This document shows, piece by piece, positions 1 through 13,853 of a DNA stretch of 64,000 nucleotides. The notes below the pieces were generated by a model. The model was given only the letters and a program-made list of their open reading frames with translations. It did no database searches and was not told the origin of the DNA. The DNA comes from Mobula hypostoma (lineage: Eukaryota), in contig NC_086108.1 of NCBI RefSeq assembly GCF_963921235.1, positions 93,622,001 to 93,686,000 on the forward strand, given 5' to 3'. The first letter of the stretch is position 1; each line of letters begins with the position of its first letter. The translations under genes and the position numbers were made by a program.

Positions 1-1095
1 CTTGAATTATGGGGTCGTAGACCAATGGAACATGCAAAGAGACCAGTTATCCTATTGAAACTGGTGTGGTGCCATTTCCTGCCTTTTCCCCATCGTCCTG
101 CAATGTTACAGCATGAACAGAAGCCATTCAGCCCATCATGTCTGAATATCCTCTATTCTCCCTGTCTCCCACATAGCCTGTACTGCATTTCCTTACCCCA
201 CCTGAGGTGCAGTTTTCAGAAATGAGCACAATATCTCTACAGTGAACCAGACGTTTTTTTTTCCTCTAACAGGTTTTCATAACTTCCTTCCTTTCGTATT
301 CTGTATATCTGTATGACTTTTTGCAGCTTTATCACTTTCAAAAAAATTGTCCATTCAAATCCCTAAATTTCCCTCATTCCCTTTTAATATTGTACATTTA
401 GTTACATTGTCTCCACTTATTCCTCCAATCCAGCTGTCACTTGGTAGCTTTCACGTCCAAGGCATCTGCTTTTCTCACCACCTGACGTCTGTAATCACCG
501 TCCACATTGTTCACAATGTGCCTATGCTATTTCTGTCCCATTTCTGAGTATTCCCAATGTCAGCCTGCAGTTAGAGGAACTTCTCTTCATCGACTTCCTC
601 TTTCCCGCTAAAGTAAAACAATCGCACAGATTGAGACGATGCTGGGATTGTTGTTCAATCCACCCCCTTTCCTCTTTGCAGCAGTTGTTCCCAGATCTGA
701 GTAATTACTGCAAAGCCACGTTCACACAGTCAGCTGTTTAACACTTAAATACATGATTATAGACAAATAACTACAAGAAGAGATAAGATTTTAATTAAGC
801 TTCTTCAGACTTATAAGCATTTCGGAGCAGAATGCACTTTAAGTCCAAAAGTTCAGAGTAAATTAATCAAAGTACATATATGTTACAATGCACTACTCTG
901 AGATTCATTTTCTTGCAGCAAAAAAAGAAATACAATAGAATTTATGAAAAACTATACACAAAGACTGACTATACTAGGCAGAATAATGGTTCAACATAGA
1001 CTAGATGGGTTGAAGGGCTTTTTTCTGTGCTGTGATTCTCTATGACCTTGACTGACAAACAATCAATGTGCAAAAAAAAAGACTGAGATTAGGAG

Positions 1096-1180
1096 AGTCC
1101 TGATGAAAGGTCTTGGCCCGAAATGTTGACTGTTTACGCTTGCCTGGCCCTGCTGAGTTTTTCAGCATTTTGGGTGTATT
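1096..1180 (+). mobile_element. Penelope pLTR fragment starting at a decayed hammerhead, nested in a Rex/Babar-type remnant (~835-1440)
   Basis: AGTCCTGATGAAAGGTCTTGGCCCGAAATGTTGACT followed by CCTGCTGAGTTTTTCAGCATTTTG. Confidence 0.7.
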
Positions 1181-2597
1181 CCTGAGAATAGGAATTGTAA
1201 AGAGTCCTTGAAAGTGAGTCTTTAAGTTGTAGAACCAGTTCAGTGTTGGAGTAAGTGAAGTTATCCACTCTGGTTCAGGAGCCTGATGGTTGAGGGGTAA
1301 TAACTGTTCCTGAACCTGGTGGTGTTGACCATAAGACTTCTGGACCTCCTGCCTGACAGTAGTAGTGAGAAGAGGACGTGGTCTGGGTGGTGGTGGTTTT
1401 TGATGATGGATGTTACTTTCTTGTGGCAGTGCGTAATGTAAATATATTGACTGCTTCAACAAATTAACTTGTATGCTATAAAAATATTTTTCTATAAAAT
1501 ATGCCTTTCCTGAAAGCACAAATTTAAACCTGGTGACGTACAAGAGTACAGCTGGAGCGGGACATTCTAGAGCGATAGGGCAGCCAAGTCTGCAGCCTGC
1601 CTGGGGAGCTCAGTATAGCATTACTGTGCTGTTGGCTGGGTACCTTGTGAAAACAGGGAGGGAACCGCAGAGTCCAAATCTCCCTATGGGTGGGTGTGAC
1701 TGCTACACGGCAAGTGCTTTGCAGAGCAGAGAAGTCCCACAGGTCCTGTGATTCTGGTAATCTGCTTTCAGCTGGGTGGGTTGAGGAGGAGAGGGGTTGT
1801 TATTCGTCAATTCAACAAGAATTCGGAACAAAATGAGCTGGACGCGTTTCAACAAATAAGATCATGGCTCTTCTCGTCTTGCTTTATCAACATCGTGGAA
1901 TTATTTGCCCAGTCTGTTGCAGACATCGATATAATTAGTCTTTTGGCAAATCAGCAATCCAATTACCCTGACATGGAATTATAATTAGTTTCAAAATATT
2001 TGTTGAAGTTAAGTTATCAGTGAATCCACAGCAGCACAATCGTGTGTCTTCATTAGATTAAAAAATTCTCGGGCCAGTCAGTCGGACAGGTTGAAGAATG
2101 ATACATTGATAATAAATGAAAAGCTAACCTTGCTTCTTTGATTAAGTCCATAGCATCCGCAAGCTTCTGATGTCAGTTGCTTAGTTACCAAGTATTTGTC
2201 AAACTTCAGTTAGATAGGAGTTGTAAGCTCGGTAAATTTCCCGAGTCGCTTTTGTCTGAAACCAGCAACTCTGTGAGGGATATCAATTTAACAGATTAAG
2301 ATCGATGGGAAATGTAAAGTGTCATAATGGATCCAGCACAGGGTTGCTTTATCTTCTACACTCACTTTGAAGAAGAATCGGTATCACTTGTACAAGGGTT
2401 ACAAAATATGATTGACTAGTGAGACTCTGTTCCTTTATCTCTATCTCTACTCTTGCTTAGCTCCAACAAGCTTCCAGACACCATCCCAGAAACAACCTTA
2501 CCCTATCAGTACTCAAATAGCCAAGGGTTATATAGTTATATACCAACTTTGATGAGAAGGACCAGGGCATCAAGAACCTATCAACCACAAACCTGAA

Positions 2598-2737
2598 GAA
2601 ACACACACAAAATGCTGGGGGAACTCAGCAGGCCAGGCAGCATCTATGGAAAGGAGTAGCAGTCGTCGTTTCAGACCAAAACCCTTCATCACGTACTACT
2701 TTGATTTCCAACATCTGCAGATTTTCTCTTGTTTGTG
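2598..2737. mobile_element. Short inverted Penelope pLTR-derived element
   Basis: ACACACAAAATGCTGG..GAACTCAGCAGG..CAGCATCTATGG, decayed minus-strand hammerhead, then the TTTCCAACATCTGCAGA..TGTTT tail. Confidence 0.7.
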
Positions 2738-2767
2738 ACAAACGTAAAAAGTTATTTTAATTTATGC

Positions 2768-3062
2768 CATGGCAACATAGCAGTTAACACGGTGCGATTA
2801 CAGCGCAGCGAATCAGAGTTCAGAGTTCAATTCTGACACCATCTGTTAAAGGTCTGAACGCCCTGTCCAGGGACTGCATGGGATTTCTCTGGCTGCGTGG
2901 GTTTCCTCCCGCATACCAACGACGTACCGGTTAGCTGGTCATTGGAAGTTGTCCCGGGATTAGACCAGGGTTAAATCAAGGGTTGCTGGGCAGCACAACT
3001 CAAAGGGCTGGAAGGGCCTATTTCACTGTGTATCTCAATAAATAAAATAAAAGATAAATAAA
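2768..3062 (+). mobile_element. tRNA-derived V-SINE-like element
   Basis: B-box-like GAGTTCAATTC, V-domain-like TGCGTGGGTTTCCTCCC, A-rich tail; similar to 22272 and 43362. Confidence 0.65.
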
Positions 3063-4156
3063 ATATTTAGAGATACAGTACAGTAACAGGCACCTCCTGC
3101 CCATGACCAATTAACCTACTAACCTGTCGGTCGGTCTTTGGAATTTGGGAGGAAAGCAGAGCAACTGGAGGAAACCCTCGCAGTCACAGGGAGAACGTAC
3201 GTACAGTGGTGGGAGTTGAACCCAGATCACTGGTGCTGCAAAGCATTACACTTGCCTCTACGCTATGTTCCTGGACCCAAAGTGCCACCGTTCCTTAAAA
3301 GGGGTTTCCAAACTGGAGTCCACAGACCCCTTGCTTAATAGTATTGGTCCATGGCATGAAAAAGTTTGGCTGAAGAGTAAAGCCCCAGCTCTGAAGGTAC
3401 CTGTAGGCCAGGGTCCTGTAGGAAGCCCATGACCTAAAGAACAGATGGTGGCTGCAGAGATTTCTTAAGGCTCAGCAACTCACTGATAGCTAGGATTCCA
3501 CATTGTTGAGGTCTTTCAGGGCCCAAACACTCAAGCCTCCCCCACCTGGGGCCAAGAATGGAGTAAACTCGTTTCTACTCTGGGATAGACTCTGTCTATC
3601 CTTCTTGTGCATCCCATCATTTTAATTTCTCAGAACTCTCCTCATCCAGAGAGGAACAGAATCCAAGTTTTTTTTTAAGACATGCAGCAGAATAACAGGT
3701 TGTTCCGATCCAATTGACCCACGCTGACCAATTATACCCATACAACCAATTAACCTACTAACCCATATGTCTTTGGAATGTGGGAGGAAACTGCAGGGAG
3801 AACTTACAAACTCCTTACAGACAGCAGCAGGAATTGAATCTGGAGCTTTGGCGCTGGAATGGTGTTACACTAACCGCTACGCTTTGTTCCGCCCAAATTT
3901 GTCCACCCTCTCCTTATTGCTTCTAGTCTTTATTACAGACAACATCTTGATGAACCTCCTCTGCACCCTCTACATCCTCCCTAGAATGGGGCAGTCAGTA
4001 TTGAACACAGTTCTACAAATGCAGCCTAGCCAGAAGCCCTGTGCCACCAGCTACCTCGCAGACTACTCACCTGGCCGCTTCGCCCTCAAAGGTTCAGAAA
4101 GGGAATTCCAGAGTTGAGACAGTCCATAGAAGAATGACATCTTGTAATCCATATAT

Positions 4157-4678
4157 TCATAGTCGTAGTCATAGTCATACTTTTTTGATCCCGAGGGAAA
4201 TTGGTTTTCGTTACCGTTGAACCATAAATAATTAAATAGTAATAAAACCATAAGTAATTATATAGTAATATGTAAATTATGCCAGGAAATAAGTCCAGGA
4301 CCAGCCTATTGGCTCAGGGTGTCTGACCCTCCAAGGGAGCAGTTGTAAAGTTTGGTGGCCACAGGCAGGAATGACTTCCTATGACGCTCTGTGTTGCATC
4401 TCGGTGGAATGAGTCTCTGGCTGAATGTACGCCTGTGCCCAACCAGTACATTATGTAGCGGAGACATTGTCCAAGATGGCATGCAACTTGGACAGCATCC
4501 TCTTTTCTGACACCACCGTCAGAGAGTCCAGTTCCATCCCCACAACATCAGTGGCCTTACGAATGAGTTTGTTGATTCTTTTGGTATCTGCTACCCTCAG
4601 CCTGCTGCTCCAGCACACAACAGCAAACATGATAGCACTGGCCACCACTGACTCATAGAACATCCTCGGCATCGTCCG
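4157..4678 (-). mobile_element. Rex1/Babar LINE 3' fragment with (ATGACT)n tail
   Basis: MFYESVVASAIMFAVVCW...NKLIRKA; near-identical copies at 32389 and 50779. Confidence 0.85.
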
Positions 4679-5662
4679 ACCATCATAGTTAGGGACATAC
4701 AAAGTACGACAAATGGAAGAAATTAGAGATTCAGAAGGGCTGTTGAATTGAATAGGGCTACGAAGATGGGGAGGGCCATGGGTCTGGGCTAATTTGAACA
4801 CAAGGGTGAAGATATTAAAATAATGGCAGTGTCAGTCCAGGGTCAGATAACAGCAACTGAGCACAGGACAGGTTGATGGATGAAGTAACGGAGTAGGCAG
4901 CACAGTTTTGGCAGAGTTCAGATTTTCAGGGAATGAACAGGGAGAAGCCATGCAGGGCAGCATTGGAATATCCTCCTTGTGTCCCCAAATATGTCAAAGT
5001 TATTGGTATTGATTTAGTACCAGGATACAGAAAAAAATTGTTCATACAGATCAAATCATTACAGAGTGCATTGAGCTAGAATAAGGTAAAATAATAACAA
5101 TGCAGAATAAAATGTAAGGATATTGAAAAAGTGCAGTGCAGGTAAGCAATAAAGTGCGAGGTAATAATGAGATATGAACTGAAATTGTCAAACCTATAAA
5201 CTATTTATACAGATGTATTTGGGCCATGACACTCACGAAAGTTCGAGTATATTTGAGTACTTAAAAGGACTTAATCTTACTTTATCTCTCATTGTAACAT
5301 TACAGTGATTTTTTATGTATTGCATTGTACTGCAGCCGCAGTACAACAAACTTCATGCTGAATGTCAGTGATGTAATCACACCAACTATCAGCCCTGATG
5401 AAATGGCAGAGCAGACTCTGCCAAATGGTCTAATTCTGCTCCCTGTATCTCATGGTCTTATAAAAATGAATACAGTGTACTTCTAAAATTACTGAAAACC
5501 TGATTCTCATGCTGAGTCTGACTTGACAATATTCCACTCTCAACAGCTGCGTAAATATTTACATCGGAGAGCGCCCGTATGAAGGCTTGCTCGTGGATTG
5601 TGGGAAGCGCTTGGGAATGCTAAATGTATGTTTGTAACACTACTGGTTTTCCTTTCTCCCAG

Positions 5663-5860
5663 TTTGCTTATGGAGTCCCAGATCTATCCCTTAAGGACAT
5701 AGCCTGTAGCCAGTTCCTCCTTGACCGCTTCATCATCTTCTCCAGTTGGCGAGGGCTGCGTACGGTCCTGAACGGAATGTGTGTCCTCTCCGAGCAACGG
5801 CTCCAGAGAGTAGAGGATGCACTTTATGCAAACGTGGATTTCTTTAAGCTCTTTCAAGTG
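5663..5860 (+). CDS. ABCA4: ABCA4 exon (human exon 6 equivalent), exocytoplasmic domain 1
   Basis: cccag|TTT...GTG|gtagg; 198 nt; [27 protein letters not shown]...[13 protein letters not shown] matches ABCA4 FAHGVPDLALKDIACS...[12 protein letters not shown]. Confidence 0.96.
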
Positions 5861-6407
5861 GTAGGCCTGTTATTCTACTTGCTTATCATTGTTAGAACAT
5901 AGTTATTTGCTGTTAAAAACCTTCATCGCGTTTTTTTTTTTGCCCGATTTCATCTTTACATTAACTTCAAGATGAAAGTCACCAGTTGTTGATTTTCAGT
6001 AATTCATACATTCTTTATGAATTTTCTTAAATTTGAATATTACCTAGCAGGTAAATAGTAAAATAACTGGAGTGAAAAAACAGTCTTCTCAAACAATACT
6101 TTTGAGGCAACCTAGAATTAACATCTTCATGGAATTAGGCAGAAATGGGTGTTAGTGGTCTTGTAGGAAACATTTAGTACTTTTTTAAAGGAGGGGAGGG
6201 CGGGAGAGACGAGTGAAGGTTTAGGAGCGACACGGATGGCTGAAGGAAGGACGTGATGTGTAGGAGATTAGATCTGGAGGAATGATGAGGGCTGGTGGTG
6301 GTTGAACAGAAAATCAGAAACAGGAAGACACGGAACCTGTTTGATGTTGAGCTGAATTTCTAATCTAAGCATGAAAATATCCAAAACAAACTCTGTTTTC
6401 TTTTCAG

Positions 6408-6497
6408 CTTCCGAAAGTGCTGAACAGGCATGCAAAAGGAATAGATGTGCACTTTTGGATAAGGATTTTAAATGATGCGTCATCCGTCCTGGAAGAG
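6408..6497 (+). CDS. ABCA4: ABCA4 exon 7 equivalent
   Basis: ttttcag|CTT...GAG|gtaac; 90 nt, phase 0-0; LPKVLNRHAKGIDVHFWIRILNDASSVLEE resembles human [30 protein letters not shown]; not in the ORF track. Confidence 0.9.
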
Positions 6498-6944
6498 GTA
6501 ACAAAGTACAGTGTTTGTGTTCAAAATCATATATGAAATATTCTATTCCATCTCATCGCTGCTATAAAAAGAAAAGCCCTGTGCTTCAATCCATCTCTGT
6601 CCAAGAAGGACCATTTCAGAATGCCCTGAATTATGTGAAATGGTCCACACTCATTTGAAACTGAGTAAAAGTAGCTAGAGTTAATTTTATATCGGTTTGA
6701 TATTGGAACTTGTTTTTTTTCATACAGCAGTGCAGCTGTTGTAGACTGACATCATGGTATTAACTATACTGGATGGAGCAATCTTTCCCAAACCCCATTC
6801 AACCTCTCTAGGCAACTAAAACTATTGTATGAGTTCATTACCAGGTTACTCACTCTGCCTGGCTGCATGCCAGGAGGTTTTGTTACATGGAACCCCTCCT
6901 TCACCTCCATCCCTCCCATGATGGGTCATCAGTTTTCAAAGCTC

Positions 6945-7460
6945 ATGCTACTGTAGGGCCTTCAGCCATGTCTACTGATTTGTCTACATGAGCTGCTAGT
7001 CCTGTTCATATACCTGTCCAAATGTATTTTAAATGTTGAAACTATACACCCCTCTGGCAGCTTCTTCCACTTACCTGCCACCCTCCATATGCAGTAGAAG
7101 TTTCATCCCGGGTTCTTTTTAAATCTCCCTCACCTTAAATCTATGCCCTCTAGTTTCAAAGGCCCCAGCCCTTTGAAAATGACAGTGACCATTCACCTTA
7201 TCCAACCCCTCATGATTTTATATATCTCTGTAAGGTCACCCCCTCAGCCTCTTGTGCTCCAGGGAAAAGGCCCAGTCTCTCCTTATAACTCAAGCCTTGC
7301 AGCCCCAATAACATTCTCTCCAGCAAAATTACATTCTTCCTGTAGTTGGGCAACCAGACCTGCACACAATATTCCAAGTATGATCTCACCAACATCTTGT
7401 ACAGATGTAAATTGAAATTACAAACCCTAGACTCAATGGCCTGACCAATGAAGGCAAGTC
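6945..7460 (-). mobile_element. CR1 LINE 3' fragment
   Basis: LVRSYLEYCVQVWLPNYRK...LSYKERL, CR1 ORF2 C-terminal motif. Confidence 0.75.
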
Positions 7461-7741
7461 TTCAGTTTCTTCCCACTACAGATAAAAGGCTCCTCGTGAT
7501 AGGATGACTTTTGATGGTCATTCAAATAGCTTTACTATATATGCTACAAATGCTTCTGTTTAAAAATTAAAATGTCCCGAAAAATTGAAAAGACAAACAT
7601 GTTTAGCTTGGTGCAAATGATTTGTCTCCTGGGTTTGGAGCAGTCTCAGAAATTATTTTTTTATTTACTGGCTACTCTTGAAAATCCTTCTCTCTATTTA
7701 GCATTCTGAATCCCTGTATAAGCTGCTTTCTTTTCGGACTG

Positions 7742-7950
7742 TTCATTGGGACTGAGGATGACTAACATCCACTCTGGTTTTGTGGGTTCTGAGGTGGCTG
7801 ATGAAATCAATGTGGGAATGACAGATGGGGCAGGAGGGTTCCGATGGAGTGGGTGGGTGGATGACTGGTTTGTAAGGTGGCTTGCTACTCACACAAGGTC
7901 TCTGTGTGCTCCCATCACATTTTCTTGAGGCTATTAATACCATTCAGAAT
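7742..7950 (-). mobile_element. RTE LINE 3' end
   Basis: C-terminal zinc-finger remnant CPIC..FISHLRTH; same family as 63310-63830. Confidence 0.6.
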
Positions 7951-8214
7951 GCTAATTTTCCCCTTAAAGTAGTACCTACCCTCCTGTTGTAAGTACTTGT
8001 ACCTATTTGGTCGATATGTTCTGTTACAATTAGGACAGTGATAATAAGAGCTTGTTAGTGTGTTGGTGGAAATAAGAACTGGAACCTTGCCATGCCACTA
8101 TTTGGAAATGAGCTGGTGGTTCTTTTCACTTCTTCCTGAAGGAACTCCACAAAAATGCCTCTCATTTCCCTTCCTAACATTAACGGAGCAGCTTGACCTT
8201 TCCAAGTTTCTATT

Positions 8215-8695
8215 TTCGAACATAGAACACTACAGCACATCACAGGCTCTTCATCCCACAACGTTGTGTAGGCCTTTTAACCTACTCTATAATCAACCTA
8301 ACCCCTCCTTCCAAAATAACCCTCCATTTTCTATCAACCACATGCCTATCTATGAGTTTCTTAAATACCTCTAATGTATCTGCCTCTGTCATCACCCCTG
8401 GCATGGCGTTCCACACAACTACCACTCTCTCTGTAAAGAACTTACCTCTGACATTCCCTATACTTTCCTCCCATCATCTTAAAACTATGCCCCTTGTATT
8501 AGCCATTTCCACCTGGGGAAAAAGGGTAACGGCTGTCCACTCTATTTATGCCTCTTGTCATCTTGTACATTTCTAAAGTTATCTCTCACCCTCCTTTACA
8601 CCAAAGAGAAAAGCCCTAGCTTACTCAGCCTATCTACTTAAGACATGCTCTCTAGTCCATGCAGCATCCTGGTAAACCCACTCTGCACCCTCCTC
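8215..8695 (-). mobile_element. CR1 LINE 3' fragment
   Basis: GAACATAGAACACTACAGCAC tail and similarity to the 3' end of the 36.5-kb CR1. Confidence 0.7.
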
Positions 8696-8772
8696 TATCT
8701 TGTTGCTTTGTTAATTCAATCATGAATGAAGTGACGGATGTACTCAATACTTTTCAATTTATTTCCACACAG

Positions 8773-9013
8773 TTCACTGCACAGGACAGTGTTCGGGATT
8801 TACAGCAGGTTGTTTACCCATTGTTTACTGAAGGCGGTCCTGCGTCATTCAGTCAGCTGATGGACCTGTTATCGAGTCTAATCTGTGGCTATCCTGAGAA
8901 AGGAGGATCCAGGGTTTTCTCTTTTAATTGGTATGAAGATAATAACTACAAGGCTTTCCTGGGAATTAATAACACAAAGAAAGAGTCTAAGTATACGTAT
9001 GATTATGCAACAA
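8773..9013 (+). CDS. ABCA4: ABCA4 exon 8 equivalent
   Basis: cacag|TTC...CAA|gtaagt; 241 nt; LICGYPEKGGSRVFSFNWYEDNNYKAFLGI. Confidence 0.97.
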
Positions 9014-10144
9014 GTAAGTATTTACCATCGAGTTTCTATAAGACATAAGCGTTCATTCACTCCATCACTCACAAACAGTGACTGCAGTGTGTCCAGTCCG
9101 TGAAACACACTGCATTTACTCACCCACCTACTCTAACAGCACCAAATTCAAGAGTAACGCTGTATAAAGAGAAAAGATTAGTTTTATTTGTCACACGTAC
9201 GTCGAAGCATACAGTGAAATGTGTGACCCATGACAACAACCAACACCGTCCGAAGATGTGCTGGGGGCAGTCCGCAAGTGTTGCCATGCCTCTGATGCCA
9301 ACATTGCATGCCGACAGCTTACCATCCTTTACTACCTGAATCTGGGAGTGAAGCCGAACACCCAGCGGAAATCCTCCCCGTCACAGCGCGAACGTACAAA
9401 CTCCTCACAGACAGCAGCGAGAATCGAACCCTAGCCACTGGCACTGTAAAGTGTCATGTTAACTTCTACACTACCATGCTGCTCCTGTACAGAAACAAGA
9501 ACACCTACAGTACTGTGCAAAAGTCTTAGGCGCATGCTGTATCTGTGGAATTCGTTGCCACAGGCAGCTGTGGAGGTCAAGTCATTGGGTATACTTTAAT
9601 AATAATATTTACTTTATTGATCCCAAGTGGGAAATTATATCATTACAGCAGCAACATTTAAAAACACACTTAGCAAAAATAATAAATAATAATAAATGTA
9701 ATAATAATAGCAATAATATTTGCTAATAATAAAGCACAGAATAATAGGTTAGATTATGAGGGGACACAGTCCTCTTTTATTGTCATTTAGTAATGCATGC
9801 ATTAAGAAATTATACAATTTGTTCCTCCAGAATGATATCACAGAAACACAAGACAAACCAAGACTAAAAAAAACTGACAAAAACCACATAATTATAACAT
9901 ATAGTTACAACAGTGCAAAGCAATACCGTAATTAGATGAAGAACAGACCATGGGCACGGTAAAAAAAAGTCTCAAAGTCTCTCGAAAGTCCCATCATCTC
10001 ACGCAAACGGTTGAAGGGAGAAATTACAATAAAGTACAAAATAATAATAAAGTACAAGAAAATAATATACACAATAATAAGTTACCAATGTGCAATAATA
10101 ATGTACAAAATAATAAAACAGAGACTATCGTACTATGATGTGTG

Positions 10145-10450
10145 TTCTCCTGTCACAGAGATGAACTGTTGTATATGCTTATTGCATTTGGTAGGAAAGA
10201 TTTTCGGTAGCAATCCTTGTGACAGTAAAACCTAATGAGCCTGTTCGAAAGGGTGCTCCACTGTTTATTCAGTGGGTCATGGAGAGGATGAGCCAGATTG
10301 TCCATAGTGGATAATAGTTTGTTTAGTGACCTCCTCTCCACCACTAACTCAGAAGAGTCGGGTTGTAGCCAAGGACAGATCCAGCTTTCTTGATGGAATC
10401 TAATTAGTCTTCTTGCATCACCAGCACCAATGCTGCTCCCCCAGCATCGG
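10145..10450 (-). mobile_element. Rex1/Babar LINE 3' fragment
   Basis: MDNLAHPLHD...RKSFLPNAISIYNSS. Confidence 0.7.
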
Positions 10451-11088
10451 GCAGAGGTTGTTAGATTCTTGATTAGTCAGGGTGTGAAGGCATACAAGGG
10501 AGAAGGCAGGAAACTGGGTCTGAGAGGGAAAATGGATCAGCCATGATGAAATGGCGGAGCAGACTCTATGGGCCAAATGGTCTAATTCTGCTCCTATATC
10601 TTATGGTCTTATGCCTCTACCACTTTTTCCAGCAGTTGATGCTATATACTCATCGCCCTCTATGTGAAAAACCTACCCCTCAGGTCCTCTTTAAATTTCT
10701 CCCCTCTCACCTGAAAACTATGTGCTCTAGTTTTGGACTCCCTGGGGAAAAAAATGACTGTGACCACTTACCATATACGGCAACTCATGAAGTTATAATG
10801 TTATTTCATCATTGGTTCTAAATCCTGGAACTCTTTGCCCAACAGAAATATGGAAATGACTTTGCTGAAAGGAATTATCCTATTAATTTACACTTCTGTC
10901 GTGGGTGGGTACTCTGTTAATAGTGTTCATGAGCTGTAAACTGATGAAACTAAGTGCTGAGAGTGGGTATCCATCAAATATTATCAATATCTGCTTGGAA
11001 GGATTTTATTTTATTCTGGTCATTTCTATTGGAATAAGTAGCAGTCTATGATGGTCAGATTACTAATATTTGATAATGTTTTCTGTAG

Positions 11089-11228
11089 CTCCCTTCTGTA
11101 ACGCACTTAATCAAAACATGGAGTCCAACCCTGCAACCAAGATAGTCTGGAACGTTTTGAAGCCGTTACTAATGGGCAAGGTTCTGTTCTCTCCAGATTC
11201 TCCTGCAACACGACAGCTGATGAAAAAT
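11089..11228 (+). CDS. ABCA4: ABCA4 exon 9 equivalent
   Basis: tgtag|CT...AAT|gtgag; 140 nt; [46 protein letters not shown]. Confidence 0.96.
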
Positions 11229-12355
11229 GTGAGTTCACTGGATTGTTGGGATAATTTCATCAGCACCTAAGCAACACATAGCACAGGTCCTTCTGTACAC
11301 TATTTCCATGATGCCAGAGTCCATCCTACTGTGTTGCCCATTTATTCCCCGTTCTTGCTTGTTCCTGAACTGAATGGCCCGTTAGGTGTCATCAGATGAC
11401 ATTTCAGAGCTAAACGTATTGCTATGGATCCAGAATTATGTTTGGGCCAAAATGGGTTAGTCAGCAGATTCTCTACCCTATGATTAACCAAATAGGTTCG
11501 AAGACGTCTCATTAGTTTCATGACTAGCATTGATAATTTCACGTGCATGTAATGCTATCATTTGAGGACAGTTTATTAATTTGCTTGTGTATTTCTCTGC
11601 TTATGAGAATGCTAACTTTGAATGAAGTTGTATATGCTGTAAATGAGCATCATTATTGGATTGACCTGGATTTTGCAGTGTACTGAAGACTGGAAGTCCA
11701 CTGAAAACCAAGACTTGCTTTACACACAGTAGCCTATTGGCTGCAATCAGCCTTACATTGTTAAACACAAAACAATAATTGCTTCTCCAGAGAACGTGAA
11801 GGTGGTGAATTTGTATCTGTATTCAGATAAGATGGCTGAACAATGCTTTAGGAAATACAGAATGAACGCTTGTCAAATACTTTTTCAGTTTGTAGGTTTT
11901 GCATTGCATGTCAAATGCTGCTTTCGATTTTGAAGAGTGATTAAGGTCATCTTTTACATGCTGCACAAGTTGGAAAATAGAGCAACATAGTCTATGGTCA
12001 TTGGTTCCAAACCAACATTCAATAGGTCTCTTCAAATGCTCAATATGGTATTGTGTCTTAAAGTGCAAGACTCAGCCAGCCCAAATACTTGCAAAGCGTC
12101 AGAAGATTCAGGATAATGCCTTGGTTTTACTGAAAAATTTCCTCCGGCTGTTTTTGATTCCCTGGATATAATTTACAGGCATCATATCACACATACAGTG
12201 TAATATCTGATCACCCAGTGAGATGCTTAGCAGCTCCTGTAAATGACTGTATTATTTAAAAGAAGAATTTGTTCAAGCCAGTCTTCCATACTTGTGTCCT
12301 TGAAGTATTTAAATGGAGCGTAAACTGATACATGGTGTCGGAAATTTCTTCACAG

Positions 12356-12472
12356 GCTAACGTCACTTTTGAGGAACTGCACAGACTGAAACAAGTTGGA
12401 AAGGTGTGGGGGGAGGTGAAGACTCAGCTTTGGAACTTCTTCCAAAACAGCGTGCAAATGAACATAATACGA
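12356..12472 (+). CDS. ABCA4: ABCA4 exon 10 equivalent
   Basis: cacag|GCT...CGA|gtaagt; 117 nt; ANVTFEELHRLKQVGKVWGEVKTQLWNFFQNSVQMNIIR. Confidence 0.96.
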
Positions 12473-13439
12473 GTAAGTGCTGGCAAGCAAAGTGTTTCCC
12501 CACATGCCAAGCAGCTATCTCTCAAATCATTAACTTCTATCAGCATATTTATCTGGAATGTTAAATTGCCTCTGATGGACTTACCAGCAGATTTGAGCAG
12601 ATTTCTGGCCTATTTATACTGGTGTCGAGAATATTTCCCTCCCTTAGTGTGTAGATTTAGATTGGATTTATTTGTCATGTATACTGTATTGAAATGCATT
12701 TCATTTGCATTAACAACCGACTCAAGCTAAGGGTGGGCTGGGGGCAGCCCACAAGCTTTAGTGCACATTCCAGTGCCAACATAACACGCCCACCATTTTC
12801 AGCTGAACAAAACGCAGCTGACATACAATAAGCTACAAGAACGACGAGGACAAAATGACGACAGCAAAACAAGTCCCCTTCTCACCTTCTCACCCAAACA
12901 CACAGTCGGGCCTACATCTCCAGGCCAGGCTGTCTCCGGGCCTCTGACCTCCAGTCCTTCATCCAGGCCACAAGCTCACTGATGTGCTGACATCAGGCCT
13001 CTGACCTCTGAACTCGATGACCCAGGGGTTTCCCCACACTCACCAGCTCCAGGTTGTGCAATGCAAGCCTTCATAGTGTCAAGTTAGATTCTTAAATTTG
13101 CCAGAGATTGTTTTAAGATTAGAAATTGACAGAGGAATTCAAGAATTGTAAAATACTCATGGTGCTCTAATACTTCTCAATGGGCTTTCTGCATTCCAGA
13201 GGACTGACACATGGAGGTTTAACTATATAGGGTGATATATGATATGAATTTGGGCAACTTTAAACCATTTCCAGGAGGCCATGTACCTAGTATACAAAAT
13301 TGCCCCTAATACGGCATTAATTCATCCACTCAACCCTGAGTTGTCATAGGAGAATTAGTATGGGAAGGGATTTTATTTTAAACCATTGCAGAATGGAGGT
13401 TATTTGCTGATCTTTCATCTAAGGCGCGTTGGTGGGATT

Positions 13440-13540
13440 CAAAGCAACACACATGAAATGCTGGAGGAACCCAGCAGTTCAGGCAGCATCTATGTAAAAG
13501 AGTAAACAGTCGACGTTTCAGGTCGAGACCCTTCTTCAGT
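13440..13540 (-). mobile_element. Penelope pLTR fragment ending at the hammerhead core
   Basis: Reverse complement of 13507-13539 is CTGAAGAAGGGTCTCGACCTGAAACGTCGACTG. Confidence 0.75.
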
Positions 13541-13853
13541 TGGCTTTAACCCTAACTCATCATGTTTAATAAAGGACTGTATGTATTCACATGTGCACAC
13601 AATATGCTTCACGTGCCTTTTCAAAAGCAATTTAAATCAGAACCAGGTTTATTATCACTGACATACACTGTGAAATTTGTTGTTTCGTGGCAGCAGTACA
13701 GAGCAAGACATAAGAATTACTATAGACACAATAAATTCCCATGCACGCCCCTGTCTACCAGGCCTGGGAACATTTGCAGCTAACCTGTCATAGAAAGGAG
13801 TTTAATCCTTGGTATGTTTTTTCACTACATTCCTTGCCTTTTATTTCCCACAG

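Noticed and set aside
1748..1984. ORF after a tttcag acceptor, considered as ABCA4 exon 5
   Set aside because: No convincing match to GIRIRDILKDEETL...VRPEQ and no suitable donor; exon 5 is probably upstream of the window.
9508..9533. Tc1-like terminal repeat CAGTACTGTGCAAAAGTCTTAGG
   Set aside because: No matching second TIR or transposase found; solo remnant.
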